A stretch of DNA of 64,000 bases from assembly GCF_006345805.1 (NCBI RefSeq), contig NW_021832844.1:62001-126000 (forward strand), written 5' to 3'. The notes beneath the pieces were generated by a model that did no database searches, was not told the origin of the DNA, and saw only the letters and a program-made list of their open reading frames with translations. The DNA is from Octopus sinensis (taxonomy: Eukaryota). This document shows positions 11,250 to 23,699 of the stretch, in pieces; the stretch's first letter is position 1, and each line of letters opens with the position of its first letter. The position numbers were made by a program, and so were the translations under genes.

Positions 11250-14200
11250 TAACCCCGATTTCACATTAGATTATGAGACCAGCAGCTTGCAGAAACAACA
11301 GCGCCCTCCCAGGTTGCTCCCATAGGACCTCCGGGGAGTGAATGACAAATTTTTTGCGGAGCGAAGAAGACCAGGACAGCAGAATAGATGGGCAGTTGTA
11401 TGTTCGTCAGCACAGCAAGTGGGACAAAAGGGGGAGATCGAGATGTCCGTTTTATGTGCAGAGTGGTTTGATGAGGAGTGATGGCCGGAACGGAAACGAG
11501 CCAAGTTTGTCTGAGCCGAACGGTCAATAAGCAATTCAGAAAGGTGAACGTCAGGAGGAGGTTAATCGAGCACAGAGTTAGGCGTTAGCTTAAGAATTGC
11601 TGACGTAGATATCGAATTGTGAATTCTTACATTGGATATGAACATTGGTGCAGGCCATCAATTTTAGCAAGGATCCGGGAATATAGATTCGCCGGCGTGT
11701 TCTTCACTGAACGGGAATTTTTTCCTTTTAGCATATTTAGAGCCAAACATGGATGATAGGGAATTCGAGATGCAAATAAAAATTGAGCATCTCTCATATT
11801 TAGATTATTTTCAATTGGCAAAAGGTTTGTTTCACAGTGAAGATTATCAATTGGGGTTGATTTCAGACACCCAGATATTGTGCGCATGGCCTTGTTTTGT
11901 ACTGATTGAAGTGCCATTGTCGAGTTTGTAGATAGGCAGGGCGCCCAGTTTGGACTCGCATAACTATATACGTATGTATTGTTTGTAAACTCGTTTGAGG
12001 AGAGACCTCTGGGCACCTGTAATGTGACCACTTATTGCTTTTAGTATTTTTGTGTGTCAGTTTGCTTTGTCAGAAATGTTAGAGACATGCTTGTTAAAGG
12101 ACATAGTTGGATCAAAAGTAAATCCGAGGATAGTGGGGTTTTTGCATAATGGGAAGTCGGAACCAAAGAGGGACAATTTCGGGTGAAGGTTGGATTGTCT
12201 TCTGTCGGAAGAAAATAAGGTGACCGATGATTTCAAGGGCGAAGCCTCGACTCTGTTCTCAATGAAACAATTCTCAACGGAGTATAGTTGTTGCTGGATG
12301 TTAAAAGAGGCTGATATATAGTCTGCGTGTTTAGAAGCAATGATAATGTCATCTGCGTTAGATAATGTCAAGTTGTTTGGGTCATTAGCCGAAAGTCATG
12401 TAAATATAAGTTGAACAGAGACGGAGACAGCACAGAACCCTGCGGTACCCCATTTGGAAGATAACGTTGAACAGTGGTCCATAAGAGAGACGTATTCCAT
12501 TCGACCCGATAAGAAGTTTGCAAGCCAGGATTTGAAGTTTGAGTTTAGTTCTGTCTTTAAAATTTTGTTGATAAGTCTACACCGAGGGACGCTATCAAAT
12601 GCCTTTGAAATATCGATCAAAACTAGTACTGTTCGTTTTGGAAGTCTCTTCTCATTGAAGCCGTCCAGGACAAATTGTGAAAGTGTTTTAAATGAGTAGT
12701 TGTTCAGTGCAGTGGTTTAAAACCATGTTGAGTATTGGAGGTTTGCAAATGTTTGGATATTCGGGCAAGGATTAGTCTTTTAAGAATTTTAGCTATCGTG
12801 CACAGAAGCGGTAGGAACTTGGAATGCTAGCTGGTTTGTTTGGTTTGATCAATGGAATGGTACGTAATTTCTTCCAGAGGGATGGTATTTCGTTTTTGGC
12901 AACAGAATTATTGAAAAAAGAGACTATTGCTTTGATAGCATTAGGGCCTAATCTTTTGAAATGATAGATTGAAATGTTATCAGGGCCAGTTGCAGGGGAG
13001 TTTATGGAGTTTTTAATGCATTGCGAGACTTCCTCCGCAGTGAAAGTCGGTATAGAGTCTTTGACGGGAAGTCTTCTAAGAGATTTGGCTACTTTCCGTT
13101 CGTTTTTGTTAGATGTTTTGTGACTTAATGAAGTGTAATATTTCATTAGTGTCTTAGCCTGCTGAACCGGATTGAGTGGGGTATCTGAACAGGGACGAGA
13201 AAAAACAGTTTGACTTTTCGAACATCAGTTCATTCATCCCTTTAAGGGTTGACCAAATTTTGGAGGAATTGGATTTGTAATCAATAAAAGCAATTAATTG
13301 ACTCCTTTGCGAGTCAATATGCCGATTTATGGCAGCAGTGATTTGTTTTTTAGATTCCTCAGTTCTATAGAGGACACAGCAGATTGTCCATTTTCTCGTT
13401 ACAATTTGTTACGAGTCTTTATAAGGGTGTTTACTTTGTGGCTGTAACTTTGCGAGAAATTTTGTATAATTCCCTGAGGAATGAATTTTTTGGAGGTGGA
13501 AATGATAAGTGCATTGAGATAATTGACAGCTGCGTCAGTCGAACGGAAGTTGATAATGTCGAAATCATTCAATGATTTTTCTAGAGTGAGACGATAGTCG
13601 TCCCGGGAAGCTCTTTTGTAATTCGAATAACAACGCCGTTGAATGTCGATGTTGGATTTTATAGCATTCTTAATAATAATCGGGTTGTAGTCAGAATTTA
13701 GGTCGTAAATGACCTTCCAAGAAGTAACAGGGGCCAGAATTGGAGTACACAGCGAGATGTCAGGAGAGTAAATAACGTCGCCTTTCCTTGACGGTGTTCT
13801 GATGTGAGATGAGGATGACTAAACCATCAAATTGGTCAAATAGTAGAGATCCTCTTGAGTTGAGAGATTGATTTTTTAACCATATCGGGCTCTTTGCGTT
13901 CATATCACCACAAATAATGACATTACTGAGGGACTGGAGGTTTTGAATAGAAGGGGTCCATCCATGAGGACATGAAGAGTGAGGAGGTATGTACATATTG
14001 ATGAATCATCTGGTTGATGACCCTGTAGAGATAATTATAGCTGTAATTTCAATCACTGGATCGTTGTCAATTAACGAGTAAGCTTGGGAGGTACAGTTAG
14101 TGAACGGGATGGATTTTCTGATAAGAGTTAGTAGGCCATCCTCATTTACAAAGTCCGGTCTGTCCCGCCTGGACGTATGAGTAACCAGGGAAATCTGGAA

Positions 14201-14430
14201 AGCGATTTTTGGTTGAGAGCTTCGTTTCTTGCATCAAAGCAATGTCCACTTCGTGCTTCTCCAGGAAGGAACAAATTTCAGCAGTCTTAAAAGCAATCCA
14301 ATTGATGTTGATCTTCAAGATGCGTAATAAATTGCGGGACTGATTAGCATTCTTCTTGGTACGGCAAATAACACAAATAAATTGCGGGCGACGACGCACT
14401 CGAGGATGTCTAGTGGATCGGCTCAACGAA
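11250..14430 (-). mobile_element. APE-type (I/Jockey-like) LINE, near full length, many frameshifts
   Basis: DIALMQETKL and IICGDMNAK (APE); ATGPDNIS, IDISKAFDSV, ADDIII (RT); LARFRSGH...CPTC (C-terminus). Confidence 0.85.
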
Positions 14431-14456
14431 GACAAGCCTGCAAAAGCAAGAAGAGA

Positions 14457-17330
14457 ATGTCAGTGAATGTGGCAAGTGACGTGGGAAGTATGATATACCC
14501 GGAAAATAACAAGACATTGACATTTAGTCAACCCGACACTGAGTTACACATATTTTTGGGATATGTGCTGAGAACAGACAGGCCGAGTCAATTGGTAAAT
14601 GATATGCCTGTTCTCAGCTATTCGCACTTCTCGTCGACTGTTTCGTCCATTTCAAGGCTAAAAAGACACACTTTCCCTACGGACTTCCCGTGCTGGCCTA
14701 TCAGATCTACTCACTCTTCCTCCACGAGCACACAGTCAGGGGGTGGCCAGGGCACTCGAGGAAAGACACCTCAAAGGCCTGTTCGACACTTATTTGAGGA
14801 CAACCTCCACTTCCTCACTCCCCTGTTGGCCATGTTCTTCCAGTAGGGTATTCACATTACCCAATTACCTCAGAAAGTGACACGTGGGACAAGTATTGCG
14901 GGACTGAGCTGACGGACGCAGATGTTGAGAGACTGGTTGGAGGGGGAGGGCAGTGGATTGGCCGTGGCCATGCAAACTCTGTTCATGCTCAAGAAGGTAA
15001 GTGGAAGAAAGGTGGAGTGTGTGACATTGCAGAGGCCATCAGGGCAGTCTGTAGGGCACTCACAGTCACAGCCACCAGGGAAGTATTCGACCCTCGTGAA
15101 ACCATTAAAGCCGCGGAAAAGTAGTCACATGTTGGTGGAGGTGAGGAAGGCGGTGTACTGCGGAGTGTGTGGGCGGTTGTTTAATTTTGTTTGCAAAGTG
15201 CCTAAATACTATGTAAAGTACATTAAATAGCAGCAAAGCCAATTAACTATGTCTCTCAATGCTGTACTTAGGTAAATAGTGGTTAAATTTCTGCCTCAAA
15301 CTATTTCATATGATGTTAGAAAAATCACAACAACTGACTTATTTTTAGATTTGCCAGTTCTACTAACAGATTTCTATTGAAAATGCTCTTCGACAACAAA
15401 CTTGCATATTGGATGCTCGTTTTTTACATGTTTGGGATAACTTAGTTAGTTGTGAACTTGTTTTTTTTCATTCCTAGTAACACTCTGTTTCTAAAGTAAA
15501 GTGAATGTTCCTCTACATTGTTTTGAATTCGGAGGTCTCTCCTGCCCAGCGAATCAAAGACACCTTTGCTTGTTTTTTGCATTCTGATTTTGACGAGAAC
15601 TAATTATATGGTGATCCCCTTGCTTCCAAACCTCCAGAAGTGAATCCGGTACTTTTGTCGAAGTGGTCGCAGTTTTTTTAGAAGATAATTAAAATTAATT
15701 AATAACTAAAAAAACCTGCGAAATAAGATCCCAGATGATGTCTTACAGCTCCTCTTTGAGCTTTATTCTTGCATTTTGCACTTATACGTGATTTTGAAAG
15801 GATATCCACATTTTGCAGAAAATGCACTGCATCCTCCTTACTTATTGGGAGCTGTCGGAATTTGATGTTGCATAAGTCCACAACAGAATTTTCCATGTGA
15901 CCTATAGTGCCAGTTTATATCAATATTAGGTACATGCTCGCCATAATATTAAAAAAATTAGAAAATAAATTAGTAAAAAATTTAATAATATTTTAAATTA
16001 TTGATAGAGCGACTTAAATAAAATATAATATATTCCACCTCAAAAATTATTAGATTTTTTAAAAGGCCTAAAAAAACTGCGACCACTTCGACAAAAGTAC
16101 CGTGAATCCTTGTGTCGCTCCACACAAGGTAAATTGCACATCTATGATTAGTGCTGCACAAAGTAAACTGTCTCAAAAGGATTTCCGACCAACACTTTGC
16201 GGCCATCATATCTGTCAGCCTGCTTTCCCACCACTATTAGGAGGCCGAACAGAGCGGGCTATGTCGGGGACTCAAACTCAAGGATTTGCTGGTTGCCCAA
16301 CTGACCAAATATCTCTTCTTTATCCACCAACTCATCAAATACTCCAAAGGGCGGGTGTTCACGACTATCAAGCCACTAGCCACCCAACTCCTCTCCAAGA
16401 TCAGCGAGCAGAGCGAGAGGGCCGAGAACAAACACTTTCAGCCAAATCACTGTCGAAGTCAGACAGGAAGGATCACTCATCCCCACTCCCTTCCAAGTTG
16501 GTCTCTCTTTCCACTCTAGACGTGGCACGTGCTCGACAAAACATTCCTTCACAAGGGGCCAGTCCGCCTTAAGGTTAGCAAAAAGAGTTACGAATGTCTC
16601 CTCGTTTTCGACACCCATTTGGTCGTCCTCTTAAAAGCAGACAACTCTCGTCACGTCCTCCAAACATTTTCTGACAAGTCCGCCCTCAGTCCACCTCCCC
16701 CGTCATCCCACTCTCACAATACCTCGTCCTCCGCATTTGCGCCGCCGGTTATTATCTCCACTCATTCTTAGATAAAAGGTGTTTCCTTGTACTCCACCAA
16801 CTACAACTCGTCACTTTCCACACTCCCTCCACTTTCCTAGCCAACAAATGGGTCGCCCTCATCACTCCCGCTCTTGTTGCCGCCCGACAGTCCACTCCTT
16901 CCCAGGAGGAGTTCACTCACCACACTCCAGTCACTACTGAGGAAGTCACTCTCTCTCAGGATACTCTTGATGATACCGCATTGATTGCTTCCCAGGATGA
17001 ATCCTCTCAGGATATCCTAATTACTACTGAGGATGCCGAACTCTCTCAGGATGAACTCACCGCGACACAGGATACCTCGATGACTCGTCAGTATGATGAA
17101 CTATCTCAACTCGGTTGCACACTCACTCCGACGCGGCTCAAGAAAATGAACTCTAGAGTGGAGAGGTCTGCAGTGCTGATGGCGACGACTGTGTCATCCA
17201 CTCAAAGATGTGGTGTCTCGACTTACTCATCCAAGACATCCAGTCGAACAACTCGGATAACTCTCAACACCTGGTGATCTCCCTCGACCAAGTGAGCAAC
17301 CTTGCGGGGTCTCTTGACAGTGAAGGATAA
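14457..17330 (+). CDS. RH-RhoGEF (ARHGEF1/11/12/RhoGEF2-like): RH, C1-like, DH and PH domains; boundaries approximate
   Basis: RH: LHIFLGYVL...LLFALLVD...AYQIYSLFL; C1-like: HMLVEVRKAVYCGVCG; DH: EAEQSGLCRGLKLKDLL..QLTKY; PH: FLHKGPVRLK...LLVFDTHLVVLLK; a ~750-bp AT-rich insert lies in the middle. Confidence 0.7.
15400..15945 (-). mobile_element. Merlin/IS1595-like transposon remnant inside the RhoGEF locus
   Basis: MENSVVDLCNIK...EDAVHFLQNVDILSKSRISAKCK resembles ISXO2-like N-termini; GG-starting end GGCGAGCATGTACC at 15945; other end not found. Confidence 0.35.
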
Positions 17331-17367
17331 TTTGAGTGAGGACGATAACATTTGAGTGTTAGTTGTG

Positions 17368-18630
17368 TTAGTTATTAGCACTGCGAATTTGCAAGCATTG
17401 CCTGTCCAATTGGAGACTGTTGGTGATGGTGGCCAGTCGTTGATTTGTGTGGTGGAGTTGTTGGTTGAGCGAGTTGAGGGCGCGTCTGTGGAATGGGAGG
17501 AAATATACTTGGCGACGGCATGTGCTTGGCTGAGGGACTCGATGGAGGTGTCCAGTTGACGGACTTGAGTGAGGAGGGCATACTCGGCATTGTCTCGGCA
17601 CAGTTCGACGTGTTGTCGGTTGGTCCGCTGGTTGAGGCGAGTGAGTGCCAAGTGAAGGGGAGGAGACTTTTGTGCGAGTGATTGGTCAATCTGGGCAATG
17701 AGGTGGTGCATGCGCGTCATCTCCCCCTCCACCTACCAATTCATTCATCAACCCAGACTCGGCCTTTTTCCCACTCCAATTGACTGCAGGCTTGCGAGTA
17801 ATCGTGCACTCTATTTCGGAGGACCAAGTCAGTTTGCTGCTGCTGGTATTGCATGTCAGTGCTCGTCTGGTCGATCGTCCGAGCTATCTCCTCCTGCACT
17901 GTCCTCGCCCACTCCATCACCGACTCGGCCTTCCCCGTGTTGAACGAACTAAAGTCGTCCCAGTCCTCCGCAGTCACATTTGTCCCCCACTCTCCAATCC
18001 ACCCGCATGTCCCCGACGTCGCGTCCATTTGTGCTCGGTCAATCCCCAGGGCGTGTTCTTTGTCCACTATGTCCGAGATGACCTGTTCACGACATTCCTT
18101 CAACACACCCTCCACTTGGAAGGCCCGATCCGCCTGTTCTTGCAGTTCCCGACGACACCCTTCCAACACCCGTTCTTCCTGCCCTCATTAGGCCAACAAC
18201 ACTTTTTGGAGATGCACAGTCGGCTGGTCGTCCACTGTCTCCCCTCGTCCCTCCCGGAGAGTCACACATCGAACTGCAATCCCGTAAGGACTGTTGGTGG
18301 CACACAACTGCTTTTCCGCCAATGCCTTCGCTTCCTGCACTCCCTTTATTTCGTTGTCCAATTGCTTCCTTGTGCTCCTCAGCTTGCTTAACCACTTTTC
18401 TATTGCTTCCACACGATTTCTCAGTCCACACTTCGACCCAAACTCGTCCCACTTTGTCTGCACTTGTGTCTCCTTCACCACCTCCTCGCACTGCCCTCTC
18501 ACGTTCTCCGCCCCTCGACACTCTCGCTCACTCTTCCACTGCACACTCGCGTTGTTGCAGTGCCACTCTTCTATGCTTCCCATCTCCTGGCAACCACTAT
18601 ATTTTTGATTCGACCCTTCTGGCACGCCAT
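17368..18630 (-). CDS. Tektin
   Basis: EEWHCNN, LRNRVEAIEKW, CVTLREGR, DIVDKEHALGID, TRLNQRTNRQHVELCRD; 23-29 nt introns. Confidence 0.9.
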
Positions 18631-18662
18631 CCAATAACTCCTAATTAGTCTGTCAATTAAAC

Positions 18663-19591
18663 ATGTCGATTGATCGTCAGGCGCGTTATAGATTGCAAGT
18701 GCAGTAAATGCAATGCACATTACTGGCAAACTGACTGTCACTCTCTGGCCGCCCTCTCCATCCTCACTGCCGGCATATTCTTCATGTTGGACAAGTCCAG
18801 TCTGGCCACTGGTTGTCCCTTCTTGTCATGTCCCAGGACTCTACTCCAACTTCACCTCCGACCTCCAGTTCGCCTACCAGACTCACTCACGCCCATTTCC
18901 TGGATCAACAACCAGTGGAATGCAGTCATCATCTGGCTGGCCTTCTTCCTCATCTACGGCCTCTCCACCACTTTCCGGTGAATCCACGACACCACGGACT
19001 TGCATCCCTGTATAAGCATCCCTGCAGAGGAGTGGTTCCCTATGGCGTGTACTCCTCCATTGCAGTCGTGTGTGATCTGTCCGTGGTATATCTCTTCCTC
19101 ATGCTCTATTTCCGTACCTCCACCACACTCACACTCCTCTCCGCAGTCCTCGCCCACATTGCCTATTTTCACATTGCCTATTTTCCACATGATATGTGGC
19201 TCTTCAGGATTCTCGGCCTCAACGGGCTTGCCTTGCTGTCGGTCTGGCTGACTTACCTCGCACTCGGTAGCCATGGTGTATAGAGGAGGCTCCCTCTCGC
19301 CCCATTCCGCCGGGGAGGTGTTTGGCAAAATTTATTTGCTTGGATTGTAGTCACTCTCCTGGCCGACCTGTTCTTCATTGAAAAGTACACTCGCCATGCC
19401 CTCGTCCACTACATTTCCAGTATGATCTCCGCGTATGGACTCGTTCTCTTCAGACCCCATGTTTAGGGGACTTTTCACTCAGCACTCAACTGGGTATCGC
19501 CATCCTCGTGGTCGCCGGCACTGCCTTCGTCGTCAAATTCGCCTTTGCTGTTGTCCCGACATTTCTCATCCCCTCTCCCCACTCCCAATAA
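18663..19591 (+). CDS. Multi-pass membrane protein, possibly TspO/MBR-related
   Basis: Several hydrophobic segments; YQT(S)LTPISW...AVIIWLAFFLIYGLST resembles the TP.GWTF.IW..IY pattern; micro-introns; 1-bp frameshift near 18885. Confidence 0.5.
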
Positions 19592-19643
19592 ACACTTTCT
19601 CGACATTTTCTAATTCGTCATACATTTTATAAATGTCAGTAAG

Positions 19644-19703
19644 ACTGCCAATAATGGAAAATTAGCCTACGAGATCTCCGAGGGTCGGACACGACTTAAT
19701 TGG
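19644..19703 (+). mobile_element. Isolated RTE 3' terminus
   Basis: Near-identical to 11189-11238, ending GTCGGACACGACTTAATTG. Confidence 0.65.
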
Positions 19704-19800
19704 ATAACCTAACTTTTATTTTGTTTAAATTATATTTTTTGTTCATAAAATAGAACAAATAATGACAAGTACAGTTATTTAACCCTTTTCTTGTTGACAC

Positions 19801-20808
19801 ATGGCTCCCTGTGCATTTACAAAAATCGAAAAAAAAGTTAACGACTTACTGCGAAAGGGATACAGTGAGGATTCATAATCCATTTATATTAAAAGATATG
19901 AACAACATGACATTCGAGTCCAATAAAACTAATTCAAACGCGACTCTTTCCTTTCTAGCAAATTCGCCCAAAAATGGGCCAGCGAATGGACATGTCGAAA
20001 TTAAGAACAATTGTGCCAATTATGGTCCCTTCTTATAAACCTTCACTTTGTAGACACCCAACTGACCACCCGACTTACTACTAATAATGTATTCAACCAG
20101 GATATCAAATGGGTCCCCAAATCCTTTAAGGGACTCGAAGTGGACGCTTCCATAAACTATTCAGGGATATCGGAATCCAGCAAAGCCTTCTCTCTCACAA
20201 CCAGATATTGCACTCCCTACATCAATTCATCACTGGGACTAATCACTGGAGACATGTCCTCGTTAATGAAGCAGTTCCTCCTCCGTCCTTCATTGGTCCT
20301 GGCGTAATGCCTGTCGGGGATATTTTAGGTACAATCAATGGTTGGTCGCCGGGACAATGGGCTATGAAATCAGAACCAATGAAGTCAAGTCATATGGGGT
20401 CACTTTGGGGTATTCCAGTGGGTCGTCTGTACTGACGATGAATTAGTTAGTTTGGTGTGTTATCCTTGTAGTAATGATTTTAATCACTTTTGTGCCACTG
20501 CCTACCAACGACTGGATAAAAAAACGGAAGTGGGAGTGTCTGCTAATCTGACTAGCAAGTATTTCAGATTTGGGGCTTCTTACGTGCTATCCCCCAACTG
20601 GACTGTCAAAGTTGAGTTGATTTAGACATTGCAGGGGTGTGTTGACAATAAGAATGATGTCAGGATGTTGTGGACTCATAGATATTCTGGTTGAGTTGTG
20701 CAGTGGTTAGTGTTAGATTCTCTATCCCTCAAGTTTTCGAATATGTTCAATCTTACTGAATCGTCTAATGTCCCAAAATTCGGGTTGGGGGTTGTTTACG
20801 ATGCTTGA
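19801..20808 (+). CDS. VDAC: Mitochondrial porin (VDAC)
   Basis: N-terminal MAPCAFTKIEKKVNDLLRKGY helix; alternating beta-strand pattern; SYVLSPNWTVK and KFGLGVVYDA C-terminus; micro-introns. Confidence 0.75.
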
Positions 20809-20989
20809 TTGGTCTTCTGGCATTTTGTTTTACTAATCTTGTTTAAGTTATACTGGCTTAATTATACTCCGGCCTTAGAGGTGTAGAGTAGACTTATTGA
20901 TTTTTGTAAGTTTTAACAATTATTGTCAATTAGAATTGAAGGGTCAGTAATTATTTAAGATTCAAAGTAAATAAATTTCTTTAGCGTAC

Positions 20990-21450
20990 ACATCGATCGG
21001 TCGGGAAATATCAATTCTCAGTATGAAAAGAGCTTTCTGGGAATTTGTGCGTGATGGTACATATCCATTTGTGTGTGCATACATTGCCTGCAGTGAACCT
21101 TCTTCTGAATCTACTTTGACTTAGAAACATGTCTCCTGTAGGAGAAATCTTGTCCAGGCAGTAGTTTTCGTAAAGTTGTTAGAAAGATAATTAGTCTGAG
21201 GTTTTCCACAGGTTTAGCCGGTTTCGCGGATTTTTTTTCTGGGTATCAGAATTTCTTTCCCTATCGCAACAGACGTGTGCTTTGCAAATATATATCATTG
21301 CGTAGTTCATATATACGTAGCGAATATTTCAGGAATCCCTACTGATACAATTAATTTTCTGACTTGTTTTGTTTTTTTAGTTTTTTTCCCAGTGTACTCA
21401 AGACTCTTGGATTTCTATAAATTGTGTTATGTGTTTGTCGTCACTTCTAA
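20990..21450 (-). mobile_element. Highly decayed integrase-like remnant
   Basis: Fragments resembling H2C2 and HT(D)NG motifs among many stops. Confidence 0.25.
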
Positions 21451-21953
21451 AATAAAATTCAAAGTGAACGCCATTATTCTCTGATATTTATTTTAGTCAA
21501 CTAACTGTCTTTTATTCCTTATTGCCAGTCCTTCAGACTGATCTCAGTTTAGTAGCCAAATTATTCTAAAAATTTTCGGCCCAGCGTCTCTATTTTCTTA
21601 GCGTACTGTTTAAGTGTCTATTTATGAATCCCACTTACTCTTTTCGTTATTCTATAAAAATATGATTTGCTCTTTTCTTTTAATAGAGATTTATTTGTTG
21701 GATGTTTCGTATTTTCAGTTCTGAATCTCAAATGTTGTGTGTTTTTAATATAAGTCAATTTAAAGGGTACATGTATAATAAATTTGTTTGTTTTTTAGAG
21801 TTGTTAAATTAGTTTATTGAATTGGCAGTGATTTGTTATAAATAGTACAATATCTTTTTGAGATAATTAATTGTTGTGCAAATTCAAATAATCCAATAAG
21901 AAATTACGTGTTTCTGATTCAATATGTCTACCGGCAATATCTGGATTAAATAA

Positions 21954-23203
21954 ATGCATGACAAAAAACGGAATTTTTAAGAATATTATATATATGGCCT
22001 ATTCTGATGCTGAAAAACGTTTTTAGTTTGTGATAATTTAGTCCTTGGATCCGAATTTTTAGCAATTTTCTCCAAATACGAACAAGAATGGCAACAAACA
22101 GACGATTTCCAAACTGGATTAAAACTGTTATTTGAAGTTTTCATCAGACTCAAAGATACTTTCGCTTTCAAGTCCCTTCAGGAAATAATTAAATACGAAT
22201 TAAACATATGCTGTCCTATACAGACCACATCCGACGGTCGATGGCAGGTAAAAGCTAAAATCAACATGGACAGATTAGGAGCAAAAAGAATCCCGTTCCG
22301 GTAATTATTTGCAAAATGGTTCGATGGTGTGATTTAAGTTCAATAAACGAACTAAAGCAGGTGTCCATATGTCAGTACCCTTATCGGCGAAATGAAAGTG
22401 TCGTCTGCCTCAATCCCTTCCACTACGAAAGACTCTGGCATTCCAGCAGTAACTTCAAGTTGACTATTTTAGGATTCCCAGTGACTATGAGACGAGTTCT
22501 AAACGACTGTCCAGTGGTCGGAAATCCGGTTGATAGAGGAGACATCACCAGAGTGTGGTTCACTTTATACCACGGTATGGAAAAAAATATAAGCAGTCGT
22601 GTTTTTGAGGCACGGAACAGTCTGGTTTGTATAAATGCCAATCCAGCCAATGTCTACGATTCTACAAACTGCTATTCTCTTTACTATGAACAATTTGTGG
22701 TAATAAAACGGAAAATTAAAGATAAATTTGCACGTCTAAATAAAGGTCCTGTTTTTTATTGATTTGAAGGAATTTTTATAATCAATGCCACCAACGGGGT
22801 GTTCATCCAGTCTAACATTCCTGAACTAATCTTTTTCCATTCACCCTTCATCAACGCTCTCAATAACTTTCACCCAGACACAATTCTCCGAATACGAGAA
22901 TTCGGAACTGAAATGATTTTTAATTTTGAAGTTATTTATTTTTGTTCAAATTAGGAATTTGAAGCATTGGTCACTAATTTGTACAACAAGGGCTTATATC
23001 CCGAGTTAATTTCACTGGAGCATTATTCAAAAATCATCGTCTCTTTTTTTGATTCTTGGGGACTCCACGGCAGTCGAGAACACTACGATGAACTTGATTT
23101 TTATGTTGAAATTACACTCAATGAAGTGCTCGCTGATGTGGAAGACGTGGTCAGGTTTATTCCTGATACAAAAATGCAATATTATGATGATCATTTTCAT
23201 TAG
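21954..23203 (+). CDS. Divergent Smad (MH1 and MH2)
   Basis: MH1: TSDGRWQ..PVIICKMVRWCDL..ELK..VCLNPFHYERL; MH2-like: VFEARNS, IIVSFFDSWG..EITLN; intron GTAAAAG...GGACAG. Confidence 0.85.
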
Positions 23204-23699
23204 TATTTACATGTTGTTGTTACATGTTGTTTTTCTCTTTGAATGTGTTTTTTTGCTGATTTTTTAACGAATTGGACTGGATTCGAAAATAAACTTAGCT
23301 GGCTGACCTGGACATACAAGCAGCATGTGGACATACTGCAGGACGACCCCGGTATTGGAGCATCCATGGACCAATTTTTGAAATGAGCAATTTTCATTTT
23401 CAGACTAAATATTTCACGACCCGTTTAAGGCAATTTCAATATTTAAAATATTCAAATTTAAAAATGAATTATCACAAATCTTTTAATGAACCAACTTCAG
23501 CGCATTTGGATCAATTAATCATCCAATGATATGCTGGTAGAGTAATGAGATGACTTTGTCTTTCAAAACTTAAGAAACGGATCAATATTTATTTAAACTT
23601 AAAACTAGCTCACAACAAAATCATTGGTTTCATATTTTGATTCGTATTCCAAAAGTAAACATATGTAGGAAACAATTATACTTCAATTATTCATCTGCC

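Noticed and set aside
14340-14440. 2A-like motif at the start of the 11.2-14.4 kb LINE
   Set aside because: No DxExNPGP in any frame.
16981-19328. Many overlapping 60-200 aa ORFs on both strands
   Set aside because: Explained by tektin, RhoGEF and membrane-protein exons in strongly skewed, stop-poor DNA.
20620-20720. In-frame stops in VDAC and other genes as stop-codon reassignment
   Set aside because: The stops lie within GT-AG micro-introns whose removal restores the frame; the standard code fits.
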